Positions 18,877-29,376 of a stretch of DNA of 64,000 bases are shown piece by piece. The stretch comes from a virus. Under the pieces are notes generated by a model. That model did no database searches, had not been told where the DNA came from, and saw only the letters and a program-made list of their open reading frames with translations. Every line of letters begins with the position of its first letter. Position 1 is the stretch's first letter. The position numbers were made by a program, and so were the translations under genes. The stretch is from the IMG/VR virus record IMGVR_UViG_3300021962_000027. One strand, written 5' to 3'.

Positions 18877-20384
18877 TAGAATAATTTATTAATAAATATC
18901 TTTCTACCACCGTTTATTGTCCTTAGGTTATAAATATTAGTCATATTACTAACTATTTTTTTAACCTCTACACTATACAAAGGTACACAATACATCTGAA
19001 AATCCTTTACACCACCTAAAAATGTTCCAGCGAAGAATTTCTCAAGTACGGTGTTTATTTTCTTAGTCTCATCTAAATATAACGCATCTAAAAGATTTTG
19101 CGTACCACCACCAAATGAGATATTAAAAGGGACACCTTCTTGGTATTTACTATCAACATCTAATTCATGCGGTGTTACCTCAACAAAATCATAGTTTCTC
19201 AAAACCATTTTACCGTTTAAGTAAATTGATAACGTACCTCGTCTGTACTTACCATATAATAGTTCACAAGAATCCTTGTAGGCGAAATCCCTTTCAAACA
19301 CACTACTTACATGTAAAAACTTTTTCTCATTAACATCTATTACTGGTTTTTTTGTGTAACCCTCTTCTATTGTAAAATATTTTGTAACTATTAAAGAAAT
19401 TGTGTGATTAGAACAAGCGTCATCTGGTTGTTGGATGAATGAGTTTGTTGTGATACCACTAACTTCTTGTGTTTGACCAGTGTAACATATATCCGTTGGA
19501 TATATGGTTCTGTAACCAATTCTACCATCGTTGGTTATTCTTAAACCAAACGCATTGTAATATAAATCGGAATACTCCTGGTGGTATTGTAAAACTTGAG
19601 ACTGTGGTGTATATTTTCTACCAGTATACATTAATCCGTTATAATAGTTAAAATAACCTATATATTTTGAACTACCATTTAGGGTAAGCATACCATTATA
19701 TGTGTATATATTTTGTAATTCTTTTGGTATTATGGAATAACTATCATTTAATTTTTTAACCTCAACAACTGTTTTATCAGCATATTTGTTTTCAGATCTA
19801 GTACCCATATAAAAAATAAAACCAGTATTACCTGTAAACATCTCGTTCAGTGTAATACCTGTAGTGGAACCTGTGGTGGAACCTGTGGTGGAACCTGTGG
19901 TGGAACCTGTAGTGTTCATTGGGAAGTGTAGTAACATGTTAACACTAAAACCCTTTCTACCTCTTGTTGGAAACCACTCAACAGGTTGTTTGTGTATTTT
20001 ATAAAACCCTTGATAAAAACCACCTTTCAATTGATTATAATATTGGCCATTATCCGATTTTAAGTGTTCTATCTCATAAGTGAATTGCCCTGTATAACCA
20101 GAAACTTCGTGAAAACAAAAAGTATCACCGCTTTCAACAACATATGTTACATCTGGATCAATTTTACCATTACCATTTGGTATGAAAAAATTATCATAAC
20201 CATTAAGTCCTATATAATCCAATTCAACATTTGTTGCTTGTGTTATACCTGGTCTAGAACATAGCCCTTGAGTAACATCAATTTTAATTAAATGACACTC
20301 ACTATAATCACGATAAAAATCTCTACAATCTTTTGTGACCGTTAAATCAAAATATTCACTATTATCTAGGGCTGTATAAAACAT
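18876..20384 (-). CDS. putative virion structural protein (concanavalin/LamG-like features, (TTGS)n repeat)
   Basis: Located after the neck gene. GTLSIYLNGK, ISFGGG and F.GGV..FQMY..PL resemble LamG. Rich in [ST]GxT motifs. Confidence 0.55.
   Translation of the reverse strand: MFYTALDNSEYFDLTVTKDCRDFYRDYSECHLIKIDVTQGLCSRPGITQATNVELDYIGLNGYDNFFIPNGNGKIDPDVTYVVESGDTFCFHEVSGYTGQFTYEIEHLKSDNGQYYNQLKGGFYQGFYKIHKQPVEWFPTRGRKGFSVNMLLHFPMNTTGSTTGSTTGSTTGSTTGITLNEMFTGNTGFIFYMGTRSENKYADKTVVEVKKLNDSYSIIPKELQNIYTYNGMLTLNGSSKYIGYFNYYNGLMYTGRKYTPQSQVLQYHQEYSDLYYNAFGLRITNDGRIGYRTIYPTDICYTGQTQEVSGITTNSFIQQPDDACSNHTISLIVTKYFTIEEGYTKKPVIDVNEKKFLHVSSVFERDFAYKDSCELLYGKYRRGTLSIYLNGKMVLRNYDFVEVTPHELDVDSKYQEGVPFNISFGGGTQNLLDALYLDETKKINTVLEKFFAGTFLGGVKDFQMYCVPLYSVEVKKIVSNMTNIYNLRTINGGRKIFINKLF
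19857..19914. repeat. 12-bp tandem repeat (acctgtggtgga, about 4.8 copies) encoding (TTGS)n
   Basis: Directly visible in the sequence. Confidence 0.95.
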
Positions 20385-21475
20385 TATATAATCTTAATTG
20401 GTTTTTGGAACGCTCTGTATTTAAGAGCTTTATTAATTTCTTCAGCCTCAGAAGACATTCTCTTAAGGATTTCTAATGGGTTTAATTTAATCATCCTGTC
20501 CTCTAATTCTTTTTTAAGTGTAACCATTTCATCTTTACCTTCCGATAAAAGTGATTGGTATTCTATTTCCATATTTGCGTCTGGAACTGGTATTTTACCA
20601 CCGAACGTACCTCTTACTCTACCTAAAGTTTCTTTACATAAAGCAATAAAGTATCTTCTAATCCAAATTTTAGCTGGGTCGTTTAGATCATCAAAATCAA
20701 CATTGTCCAAAGGGACATCCATTGGTGATTTGATAATATCTTTGTTTTTAGCCAAACAATCATCTTTAATTAAAGGGTTAATATCATAGTACCAATACCA
20801 ACATTTACCTTGATTAAGCATTGACCCCCTAAAATCAAATTTACCACCAGGTGTGTTCATTAAGTGAAGATATTTCTTACCGTCTGGGGCGTTTGTAATT
20901 TTATAAATTAACTCAGAACGAATCATTCTATTTTTAAGGTTTCTATCTGTTGTTCTCATTAAAATATCGAAAGCTGGTAGAATATAGTAACTACCTAACC
21001 CCATATATTCAGCACCAAACTGGTTATTCCACACACCTAAAAATGGGTCAATTACTGATTGATCTAAGGATGCTGGGGTAAACCATAATACCTCATTTAT
21101 TTCTCTATTTGCTGGTATCTCATACATTTGTTGACCTTTAACTAGTTCAACGTAATCTTTTTTGAGAACGTAACCACCTTCACCAGCACCTAAACCGACT
21201 ATTTTTGAATAGGAGTATGTGTATTGAGTTACCAAATCAAAAGTTCTATAAAGGAATGCTCTGGTTAAGTCCGCTTCAGTAACGTTTAAACCAATTAAAC
21301 TAGGCCATTGATGCTCAATTAACCAGTTATGTATAAACTCAACATAATCTTCAGTTGCGATTTCAAGCAATGAATCCATTTGCTCATTTTCTAACTGTAT
21401 TTTTCTAATCGGTGCCCCAAGCCTATGTTTAGCTTGTTTATAGATTTTTTCTTTTTCAACTGGATTTATTTTCAT
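20384..21475 (-). CDS. neck/head-tail adaptor protein, T4 gp13-like
   Basis: HRLGAPIRKIQLENEQMD..., WIRRYFIALCKETLGRVRG.F, EGKDEM..L..EL. ATG at 21475 is preferred. Confidence 0.82.
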   Translation of the reverse strand: MKINPVEKEKIYKQAKHRLGAPIRKIQLENEQMDSLLEIATEDYVEFIHNWLIEHQWPSLIGLNVTEADLTRAFLYRTFDLVTQYTYSYSKIVGLGAGEGGYVLKKDYVELVKGQQMYEIPANREINEVLWFTPASLDQSVIDPFLGVWNNQFGAEYMGLGSYYILPAFDILMRTTDRNLKNRMIRSELIYKITNAPDGKKYLHLMNTPGGKFDFRGSMLNQGKCWYWYYDINPLIKDDCLAKNKDIIKSPMDVPLDNVDFDDLNDPAKIWIRRYFIALCKETLGRVRGTFGGKIPVPDANMEIEYQSLLSEGKDEMVTLKKELEDRMIKLNPLEILKRMSSEAEEINKALKYRAFQKPIKII

Positions 21476-21483
21476 TTCACTAA

Positions 21484-21498
21484 TATTTATTATAAATA
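21484..21498. promoter_or_regulatory. pair of opposed late-promoter motifs TATTTAT-t-ATAAATA
   Basis: Palindromic arrangement between the divergent neck gene and the GP88-like gene. Confidence 0.6.
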
Positions 21499-21518
21499 CT
21501 TTCAAATAAACAAACAGT

Positions 21519-22694
21519 ATGATAAATGATAAAATTGAACATTCTTTAATCAGATTTAAAGAATTATTTGGCTATAGACTTAATGAATCAGAGGATATTA
21601 ATGAAGTTGATTGGGATAAAGAATTTAGCGATGTTAAAAAAAGCTGTTTATCACCAGAGTCAGTTGTTAGTATGTTAAACTCTCAATTAAACAGACTAGG
21701 TAAACCCTCAAAAGATAGGGGTAAGATAAGTGCTAATGAACCTATTATTAGTGGTGGAAATATACCTACTGATAATGAAGGTGAGATTGATATTGAACAT
21801 TTTATCAAACAAATAACCGCATTACCAAAACAAATATTTGATAGAAACCCTAAAATGGAAAAAAGTGATAAGGGTGGTTTACAATACACAGTTAATACTG
21901 GGATACCAGCATTAAGGAGTATACTTTATGATAAAGAACAAGGTGAGTTTTATACAATTAATACTTGTCCTGGAGCTGGTTCATGTGCGATTGATTGTTA
22001 CGCTAGAAAAGGCTTTTATATCATGAACGATGGTAAAAATATAAAATACACACAAAGACTTAATCTATTATTAAACGATCCAGAGACATATGAGAATATT
22101 ATAATGGATGAATTAGATCCTTTAGCTTATAGCCTTAAAAGACAATCAAAAAAAGAGGGTGTTGATATTAAACTAATATTAAGATGGAATGATGCTGGTG
22201 ATTTTTTTGCTAAAAAATATTACGATATAGCTATTAGTGTTACAAACCAATTACTTAAAGCTGGTTACAATGTTGATTCATACGCATATACAAAAATGGG
22301 TGATATAGCAAACATAGCTGACCCTAATTTTATTATGAATTTTTCTGATGACGCTAATAAAAGGGAGACTGAAAAGGTTAATACGGATACAGCTAAAATA
22401 TCTAAAATAGTCCCTAAGGAATTATTTAAGGATATCTTTAAAAAAGAAGGGCCTCACTACGTAAAAGACGAAAAAGGTAAGGCTCAATTTATTGATGATA
22501 GTACTAAAGAGATGTTAAAAAATCGTATAAGTGTTAAATATAATATACCTTATGATTCGATTGTTTATACCGATGAATTACCATCAACACAAGCAGAGCC
22601 ATTGGTCTATAATGTGGTTGTATTACCAACTGGAGACAGTGATGTTGGTGCTCAAAGAAAAGATGTTAAAGGTAGTTACCTACTTCAACATTAA
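21519..22694 (+). CDS. GP88-like Cys-motif (radical-SAM-like) protein with an N-terminal extension
   Basis: TCPGAGSCAIDCYA, RWNDAGDF and YAYTK, as in the phage gene-88 family. Confidence 0.65.
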   Translation: MINDKIEHSLIRFKELFGYRLNESEDINEVDWDKEFSDVKKSCLSPESVVSMLNSQLNRLGKPSKDRGKISANEPIISGGNIPTDNEGEIDIEHFIKQITALPKQIFDRNPKMEKSDKGGLQYTVNTGIPALRSILYDKEQGEFYTINTCPGAGSCAIDCYARKGFYIMNDGKNIKYTQRLNLLLNDPETYENIIMDELDPLAYSLKRQSKKEGVDIKLILRWNDAGDFFAKKYYDIAISVTNQLLKAGYNVDSYAYTKMGDIANIADPNFIMNFSDDANKRETEKVNTDTAKISKIVPKELFKDIFKKEGPHYVKDEKGKAQFIDDSTKEMLKNRISVKYNIPYDSIVYTDELPSTQAEPLVYNVVVLPTGDSDVGAQRKDVKGSYLLQH

Positions 22695-24505
22695 CGTCTA
22701 AGGTGCATAATAACTTCTTTACCAACAGAAATTTGTTCTTCTGATGGGTTATCACCCATGATAGTACTAATAATTTTCATTTTACTTTGTAGTGCTTTGT
22801 ACATGATCATGTCTAACGTATCAGCGAATAAAGGGTAAATAATATGAACTTGGTTTTGTTGGCCGATTCTATGCGCCCTATCTTCAGCCTGCATATGATT
22901 GGCGGGTGTCCAATCTAAATCATTAAATATTACCACACTACTTTCAGTCAGTGTCAAACCAACACCAGCGGCAACAATATTACCTAAGAAAACTTTAATC
23001 TTATCATCGTTTTGGAATGATTCAACGGCCTGTTGTCTTTTTTCTTTTGACACCGAACCATCAATTGTGACAGCTTTTTTACCAAAATGGGCTTGTAATT
23101 CTTTAATAGTATTGGTAAAACAACTAAAAATAATAACTTTCTGATCATTTTCCAACATTTCTTCAGCCATTTCAATTGTATGTACAATTTTATCATAGGA
23201 TAATAATTGTCTAACTTTGATAAGTTTTGTTAAATGGTCAGTAATTGTTGGTTTTTCACCAGCGGCTTCCATTTCCTCAATCCAAGCCTCGTATTCAGCT
23301 ATATAAGCGTTGTAACTGGTTGAGAACTCAAGTGGTAAATAAACTGGTTTGATTGTTTTTTGTGGCAGGTCAATTGAATCATTCTTTGTTCTTCTTAAAA
23401 TAACGTCAGATGAAAAATCTTTCAGCTCCTCTAAATTTGATGACCCAGAACAAACCCAATATTTTTGTTTGGTACCCTTACGATTAAACTGTCTACCAGC
23501 GCAATATCTTTTAACATAACCAACCCAGTTAGCCGCAACGGGTGAATCACACAAATACAAAAGATTATAGAAATCGATTGGTTTATTTGTGATCGGAGTA
23601 CCTGTCAATAACCATCTTACAGGTATTTTCATAGCAAAATCGTTAAAGATCTTGGTTCTATTTGAAGAAGCGTTTTTAAGATAGTGAGCCTCGTCAGCAA
23701 TAACTAGATCAAATTTATGGTAATCAATTGGCGATGTTGGTAAATCAGATACTTTAACACCACGTCTGGGTAAATGGTGAAAATTTTTAAGAATATCGTA
23801 ATTTACAATCGTCCATTTCTTTACAGTTAGATTACTACCGTCAACAATACTAATATTGTCAGGTGAATCGTAATTTGATATCTCTATCTTCCAATTTAAT
23901 TTAAGTGACGCTGGGCATACTACAAGTATTTTTTTGAACTGCCCTTCCATCGCAGCGATAATAGCTGAGGTTGTCTTACCTAAACCCATTTCGTCAGCTA
24001 ATATAAATTTATCATTCATTAATAAATTTTTAATAGCCGTTATTTGATGTGGTTTAGGATCTCTTTCATATTTAGATGGATCGATTATGGGTTCTGGCTT
24101 ACTAACTTTAACACATTCTTTTGATATGTAAAACGTGTAATACTCATCACACCCTTCTTCAAAACAACCAAAAACATGTAAAAAATTATCTTTTCTACTA
24201 AGTAATTTGTTTATAAATATTTTTTCTGGTATGAAATCTAGTTTTAATTGTTCAGCAATAAATGGTCTACATGATTTGCTAATCTTAAATAATTTATTAA
24301 CAACAACTGGGTCAACATGTCCATTTTTAATAATATAGTCACTTTGATTTTTTGTTGGTATGAAGCTTTTGCTTGTAAAATATGTTTTTTGTATCCCTAA
24401 AATGTAATCATTAGTCCCTTTATAAACCTTTAATATATCTAGAGCACGTTTTTCTATTGGTAACTGCATTATAATTCTTAATTCATCGAATTTATTATTA
24501 TTCAA
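22691..24505 (-). CDS. SNF2-family helicase (SMARCAL1/HARP-like)
   Basis: LADEMGLGKT, DEAH, LTGTP, GVGLTL, QAEDRAHRIGQ. The real start may be the ATG at 24469. Confidence 0.93.
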   Translation of the reverse strand: MNNNKFDELRIIMQLPIEKRALDILKVYKGTNDYILGIQKTYFTSKSFIPTKNQSDYIIKNGHVDPVVVNKLFKISKSCRPFIAEQLKLDFIPEKIFINKLLSRKDNFLHVFGCFEEGCDEYYTFYISKECVKVSKPEPIIDPSKYERDPKPHQITAIKNLLMNDKFILADEMGLGKTTSAIIAAMEGQFKKILVVCPASLKLNWKIEISNYDSPDNISIVDGSNLTVKKWTIVNYDILKNFHHLPRRGVKVSDLPTSPIDYHKFDLVIADEAHYLKNASSNRTKIFNDFAMKIPVRWLLTGTPITNKPIDFYNLLYLCDSPVAANWVGYVKRYCAGRQFNRKGTKQKYWVCSGSSNLEELKDFSSDVILRRTKNDSIDLPQKTIKPVYLPLEFSTSYNAYIAEYEAWIEEMEAAGEKPTITDHLTKLIKVRQLLSYDKIVHTIEMAEEMLENDQKVIIFSCFTNTIKELQAHFGKKAVTIDGSVSKEKRQQAVESFQNDDKIKVFLGNIVAAGVGLTLTESSVVIFNDLDWTPANHMQAEDRAHRIGQQNQVHIIYPLFADTLDMIMYKALQSKMKIISTIMGDNPSEEQISVGKEVIMHLRR

Positions 24506-24570
24506 TAATAATAAATTTTTAGCACAAAGTCAATTCATAAATAAATTAAACTATTTATCTATAAAGAACA

Positions 24571-25092
24571 ATGGAAAGAAAAACTAGAATACCAAATACT
24601 AGGTTGAATAGGTTTTACGATGAAGAAGATTTTCAACTTGAACTTGATATGGCTACTGAGCTAATCGAGGGTGATATGAACTTTACCGTTGTTTTATTTA
24701 GAATTGATCGTGCTAACACGCAAGTAGATGATGTTTATTGGGAGAGTAATTCTGGTGATATTAGATTTAAAGCACCTGTTGAACTTAAAGTTATACTAAA
24801 CCTAGAAAACGGTGAGAACAAATCGTATTCACCAAATGGTAATTTAAGATATCAGGATTATGGTAATCTAGAATTTACAGTTTTACAAAAACAGTTAGAT
24901 GAGAAGACCGTTGAAATTAATTATGGCGATATTGTTGGTTACGCTGACAAACAAAATAATTTTAAATACTTCACAGTTTTTGATGATGATACAATAAACT
25001 CGGATAATCCTAGTACACAATTTGGTTATTCTGGATATTTCAGAAGAATTAAATGTACTAATGTTGATCCAAATATATTTAACGGCATATAA
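24571..25092 (+). CDS. head closure/neck protein (gp14-like)
   Basis: First gene of the tail operon; size and position before the terminator and sheath genes; late promoter motif at 24552. Confidence 0.5.
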   Translation: MERKTRIPNTRLNRFYDEEDFQLELDMATELIEGDMNFTVVLFRIDRANTQVDDVYWESNSGDIRFKAPVELKVILNLENGENKSYSPNGNLRYQDYGNLEFTVLQKQLDEKTVEINYGDIVGYADKQNNFKYFTVFDDDTINSDNPSTQFGYSGYFRRIKCTNVDPNIFNGI

Positions 25093-25094
25093 TT

Positions 25095-25862
25095 ATGGCA
25101 TTACCAGGGTCTTTTAAGAAAAACATTAATATCACCAGAGAGCGAGCAAACATTGAGTACCCTTATTCTATGCAGAGCGGTGCGGCTGAAAATATGAAGG
25201 ATATGATTATCGATAAAGATACTTATCTCCCTAAAGGTGTTTTACATATTGATTTAGATAGAGGTTTTAAAGATTTTGTTAATAACAACTTAAAATTATC
25301 TCTTGATGGTGAAGAGGTTCCAGTTTTTATGATGGGTATACAAAAATGGAACGAATTCTCACAAACTTGGAAATTTTCTGATGAATATAAAAACGTTAAG
25401 ATACCATTTATTAATATCGTTAGAAACCCAGATACTAAATACGGTACAAACCCTTCGTTAATTTATAATATACCGATAGGTAAGCACTATACGTATGCTG
25501 AGGTACCAACTTGGGATGGAAATAGAAAGGGGGTTGATGTTTATCAAATACCACAACCAATACCTGTTGATATAATGTATTCTGTTAGGATATTTGCTTA
25601 TAGACAGCAAGAGCTTAATAAGTTTAACACATTAGTTCTTAAAAATTTTCAAAGTAGACAGGCTTATACAGTTGTAAATGGACATTATATCCCAATCGTT
25701 TTAGAAGATACGTCTGATGAAAGCCAAGTAACTGATTTAACGAATAAAAGGTTCTATGTGCAACTTTATACTTTTAATTTACAAGGGTTTATATTAGATC
25801 CAGATGATTTTATAGTAACACCAGCTGTTAGTAGAACGTTTACATTAACTGAAAACGGATAA
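25095..25862 (+). CDS. tail terminator/sheath stabiliser (gp15-like)
   Basis: Precedes the sheath gene. PQPIPVDIMYSV..., FTFNLQGFI-like pattern. Confidence 0.6.
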   Translation: MALPGSFKKNINITRERANIEYPYSMQSGAAENMKDMIIDKDTYLPKGVLHIDLDRGFKDFVNNNLKLSLDGEEVPVFMMGIQKWNEFSQTWKFSDEYKNVKIPFINIVRNPDTKYGTNPSLIYNIPIGKHYTYAEVPTWDGNRKGVDVYQIPQPIPVDIMYSVRIFAYRQQELNKFNTLVLKNFQSRQAYTVVNGHYIPIVLEDTSDESQVTDLTNKRFYVQLYTFNLQGFILDPDDFIVTPAVSRTFTLTENG

Positions 25863-25968
25863 AAATAATAAAACTTTTTTTAAAATGAATCGATCTTACG
25901 GTTTTTTGGTAAAAAATGTGATATTTATGAATAAGTAAAATTAAATAATAAATAAAAATTAACTAAAT

Positions 25969-28900
25969 ATGGCAAACAAAGTTTATGCATCTCCAGGTGT
26001 TTACACAACAGAAAAAGATTTAACTTTCACTACTGAAACAGTGGGTGTTACTACTTTAGGTGTTGTTGGTGAAACCGTAAAAGGTCCAGCATTCCAACCA
26101 ATTTTCATCAGAAACTTCGATGAGTTTAAAACGACATTTGGTGGGACAAATCCAGAAAAATTTAAAAATACACAAATTGTTAAGTATGAATTACCATACA
26201 TCGCAAAACAGTATTTAACACAATCAAATCAATTGTACGTAACTAGACTACTAGGTTTATCAGGATATGAAGCTGGTATGGCTTGGACTGTTAAAACTTT
26301 AGGTGCATGCGATGAATCAACATTATCACATACTGGTATTACTCAGACTCAAATTGAGTTTCGTTTTAATACAGCAACAAATTCATTTTATGTTGTTGAT
26401 CCAGGTGGAAACATTGACTTGATTGATTACATTTCAAGTTTAACTGGTGTTAATACAACTGAATTTGATTCAGTTTTTAACACATATTTCACTACAATCG
26501 GTGGATATACAGGTGCTAATTTTTATGATAAAAAACATGCAATGTATTGGGGTCTATTGACTAACGATCTACAAAATGAGATGGATACTGATATCGCACC
26601 TATTAATGTATACGATGCGACTTATGTTGATGCTTATGAATTACCTAATACGGTACCTGCACAAGATAGAGACGCTTATGTGTTAAATAATGAATTGGTT
26701 TATAACCCTATTACTCAAACATATAGCGGGCCTAGTTTTGGTTTATTTTGTCACACATTTAGTTCAGCTGGCGCTAGTACCATTAAAGGTAAATTAGAGT
26801 TATACACAATGACTTTAAATTGTGATCCATATACTGAAGGACATAATAAAACAATTGCTACTATTAGAAGTAGAGGTAATTATGTTTCTGATGTGTTAAA
26901 ATACAAAGTTAATACTTTGGATATGATCGCACCAATAGGTTTAGATAGTAACCCTTATTTAGCTTTTGAGTTAACGGGGACAACAGCTAACCCATCTGGT
27001 GGTACGTTCTCTTATACTGTTTCTTTGAAAGAGGGTAATGCTAACTATATTAAAAATGTAATTGGTACAACACCAGCAAACAAAGATTCTTTAATCTATG
27101 TTGAGGAAGTATATGATAACTCATTAAAAATGGGTTGGTTAGAAGGTAAGATTAAAGGTTTATACACAGAATTAACTTCTGTTAATGAATGGGATCATTA
27201 TAAATTCCAATATCAATCACCTGTTACACCATTTATTGTTTCAGAATTAAGAGGTGGTTTACCACAAAGGTTATTTAGGTTTATATCTATATCTGATGGT
27301 ACAACAGCAAACTTTGAAATTAAAGCATCTATCGCAAATGTTGATTTATCTAAAAAGACATTTGATATTTATGTAAGATCATTCAATGATACTGATAAAA
27401 CACCTGTTTTATTAGAGAGATTCACTGATTGTACAATGAATGAAAGTTTAGATAACTACGTTGGTAGAAAAATCGGTACTATCGATAATAAATACCCATT
27501 GAAGAGTAGTTATATCGTCCTTGATTTAGCTAATAACGCACCGATGGATGGCGTACCTGCTGGTTTCGAAGGTTATGAGTTCAGAACTAATAATGAAGTT
27601 AATTATACAGCAACATTAGTACCTGAAATGCCATACAAATTGAAGTATTATGCCCCAGGTGATACAATTTATAACCCACCTTTCGGTAATGCTGTTATCT
27701 CTAGTGGTGATAGAATCCCTAAAAATTATTTAGGTTTCTCAAGTCAATTTGGATTTGATAAAGATTTATTACTGTTCAAAGGTAAAGTTAGTATCTTAGG
27801 TGATAACGCATATAATATTGGTGATGATTACACAACAAAAACTAAAGGTTTCCACATGGATATCAACGCACAATCAATTGTTGATTCTGTAACTGGTGAA
27901 CAAGTTTTTGCAACTGGTGTAGCTTCATTTAACGATGCAACAACTGTTGACGGTACAGTTTCTCACCCATACAATAACATGAGAACAAGAAAATTCACAG
28001 TATTATTCTCAGGTGGTTTTGATGGTTGGGATGAATACAGAGTTAACAGAACAAACACAGATGAATATAAAATCGGTAGAACTGGTTTCGTAGCTGGACA
28101 ATTTGATACATTCACAAATGTTGAATACGCTGAATTGTTTGGTACTTCTGACTACTATGCAACAATGTATGGTATCAGAACATTCCAAAATCCTGAAGAA
28201 ATCGCTATTAACATCTTAGCAACACCTGGTATTGACATGTTAAACAATACTGACTTGGTTAGAGATGCAATTGAAGTGGTTGAAGAGAAGAGATTGGATG
28301 CAATTTATTTACCAACATTACCTGATATTAAATTATTAAATAATAATAACCCTTCAGATACTGAAAGTTGGTACTATGCTGAGGATATCGTTAGCGAATT
28401 AGAGAATACTGATATTGATTCTAATTACACTGCGGTATATTACCCATGGATCCAAATTACAGATACAGACAATAACGCAAACTTGTATATCCCACCTACT
28501 GCTGAAGTAGTAAGAAATATGGCTTATACTGATAACGTAGCGTTCCCTTGGTTTGCAACTGCTGGTTACAATAGAGGTTTAGTTAAATGTAATAGAGCAC
28601 GTATTGTTCTTGACCAAGAGGCTAGAGATGTATTATATCCAGGTAGAATCAACCCATTGGCTACTTATTCAGATGTTGGAGTTGTTATCTGGGGTAATAG
28701 AAACTTACAAGTTAAATCAAGTGCTCTTGATAGATTGAACATCAGAAGATTGTTGTTACAAGCAAGAAGATTGATTATGAGTGTGTCTAAAAGATTGTTA
28801 TTCGATCCAAACGATACCACAGTTAGAAATCAATTCTTGTCTTTGGTTAACCCAATCTTAGATAACATCAGAAAAGAAAGAGGTTTAACAGACTTTAGAG

Positions 28901-29040
28901 TAAGTGTCGCTATGGACGTTGAAGATAATGATAGAAATACCTTAAGAGGTAAAATATTTATCAAACCAACTCCAACATTAGAGTTCATTGAACTTGAGTT
29001 CACAGTTACACCACAAAACGTTTCTTTCGATAACATTTAA
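25969..29040 (+). CDS. contractile tail sheath protein (gp18)
   Basis: SPGVYTTEKD, TVKGPAF.P, YYPW, PWFATAGYNRG, RINP, WGNRNL, LNIRRL, PTPTLEFIEL. Confidence 0.97.
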   Translation: MANKVYASPGVYTTEKDLTFTTETVGVTTLGVVGETVKGPAFQPIFIRNFDEFKTTFGGTNPEKFKNTQIVKYELPYIAKQYLTQSNQLYVTRLLGLSGYEAGMAWTVKTLGACDESTLSHTGITQTQIEFRFNTATNSFYVVDPGGNIDLIDYISSLTGVNTTEFDSVFNTYFTTIGGYTGANFYDKKHAMYWGLLTNDLQNEMDTDIAPINVYDATYVDAYELPNTVPAQDRDAYVLNNELVYNPITQTYSGPSFGLFCHTFSSAGASTIKGKLELYTMTLNCDPYTEGHNKTIATIRSRGNYVSDVLKYKVNTLDMIAPIGLDSNPYLAFELTGTTANPSGGTFSYTVSLKEGNANYIKNVIGTTPANKDSLIYVEEVYDNSLKMGWLEGKIKGLYTELTSVNEWDHYKFQYQSPVTPFIVSELRGGLPQRLFRFISISDGTTANFEIKASIANVDLSKKTFDIYVRSFNDTDKTPVLLERFTDCTMNESLDNYVGRKIGTIDNKYPLKSSYIVLDLANNAPMDGVPAGFEGYEFRTNNEVNYTATLVPEMPYKLKYYAPGDTIYNPPFGNAVISSGDRIPKNYLGFSSQFGFDKDLLLFKGKVSILGDNAYNIGDDYTTKTKGFHMDINAQSIVDSVTGEQVFATGVASFNDATTVDGTVSHPYNNMRTRKFTVLFSGGFDGWDEYRVNRTNTDEYKIGRTGFVAGQFDTFTNVEYAELFGTSDYYATMYGIRTFQNPEEIAINILATPGIDMLNNTDLVRDAIEVVEEKRLDAIYLPTLPDIKLLNNNNPSDTESWYYAEDIVSELENTDIDSNYTAVYYPWIQITDTDNNANLYIPPTAEVVRNMAYTDNVAFPWFATAGYNRGLVKCNRARIVLDQEARDVLYPGRINPLATYSDVGVVIWGNRNLQVKSSALDRLNIRRLLLQARRLIMSVSKRLLFDPNDTTVRNQFLSLVNPILDNIRKERGLTDFRVSVAMDVEDNDRNTLRGKIFIKPTPTLEFIELEFTVTPQNVSFDNI

Positions 29041-29047
29041 TAAATCT

Positions 29048-29080
29048 TGGGGGTATTTAATAGTACCCCCATATTTTTAT
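29048..29080. terminator. hairpin/intrinsic terminator after the sheath gene
   Basis: tgggggta-tttaatag-taccccca followed by tattttt. Confidence 0.7.
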
Positions 29081-29254
29081 CATAGACGTTTTACCATGTA
29101 TGGTTTATTGACTACGGTAAAAAGAAAGTAACAAAGAAAAATATATATAATAGTACCATTTATAAGTACATATATATATAATATAATAATAATAATGTAT
29201 ATATAGTACTATATAATATAATAATAAAATAGTACCTCTCGTTAAGACCCTTAA

Positions 29255-29285
29255 CAAAAATAAGTATAAAAAGGCCAAAAGTCAA
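29255..29285 (-). promoter_or_regulatory. Bacteroidota-type promoter facing leftwards into the ORF-less spacer
   Basis: Minus strand TTGACTTTT with TTG-N20-TATTTTTG, the same architecture as the gp32 promoter. Confidence 0.55.
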
Positions 29286-29376
29286 GTATTTTGAAATATT
29301 TTTTTAAAAAGGTGTACAAAACGAAAAACAAAGATATTTATTAAAAAGAATAAAACAAAACTAAATAAATAACAAT

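Noticed and set aside
29041-29376. tRNA genes or a small CDS in the largest spacer
   Set aside because: No cloverleaf or T-loop motif is visible, and only very short ORFs are present.
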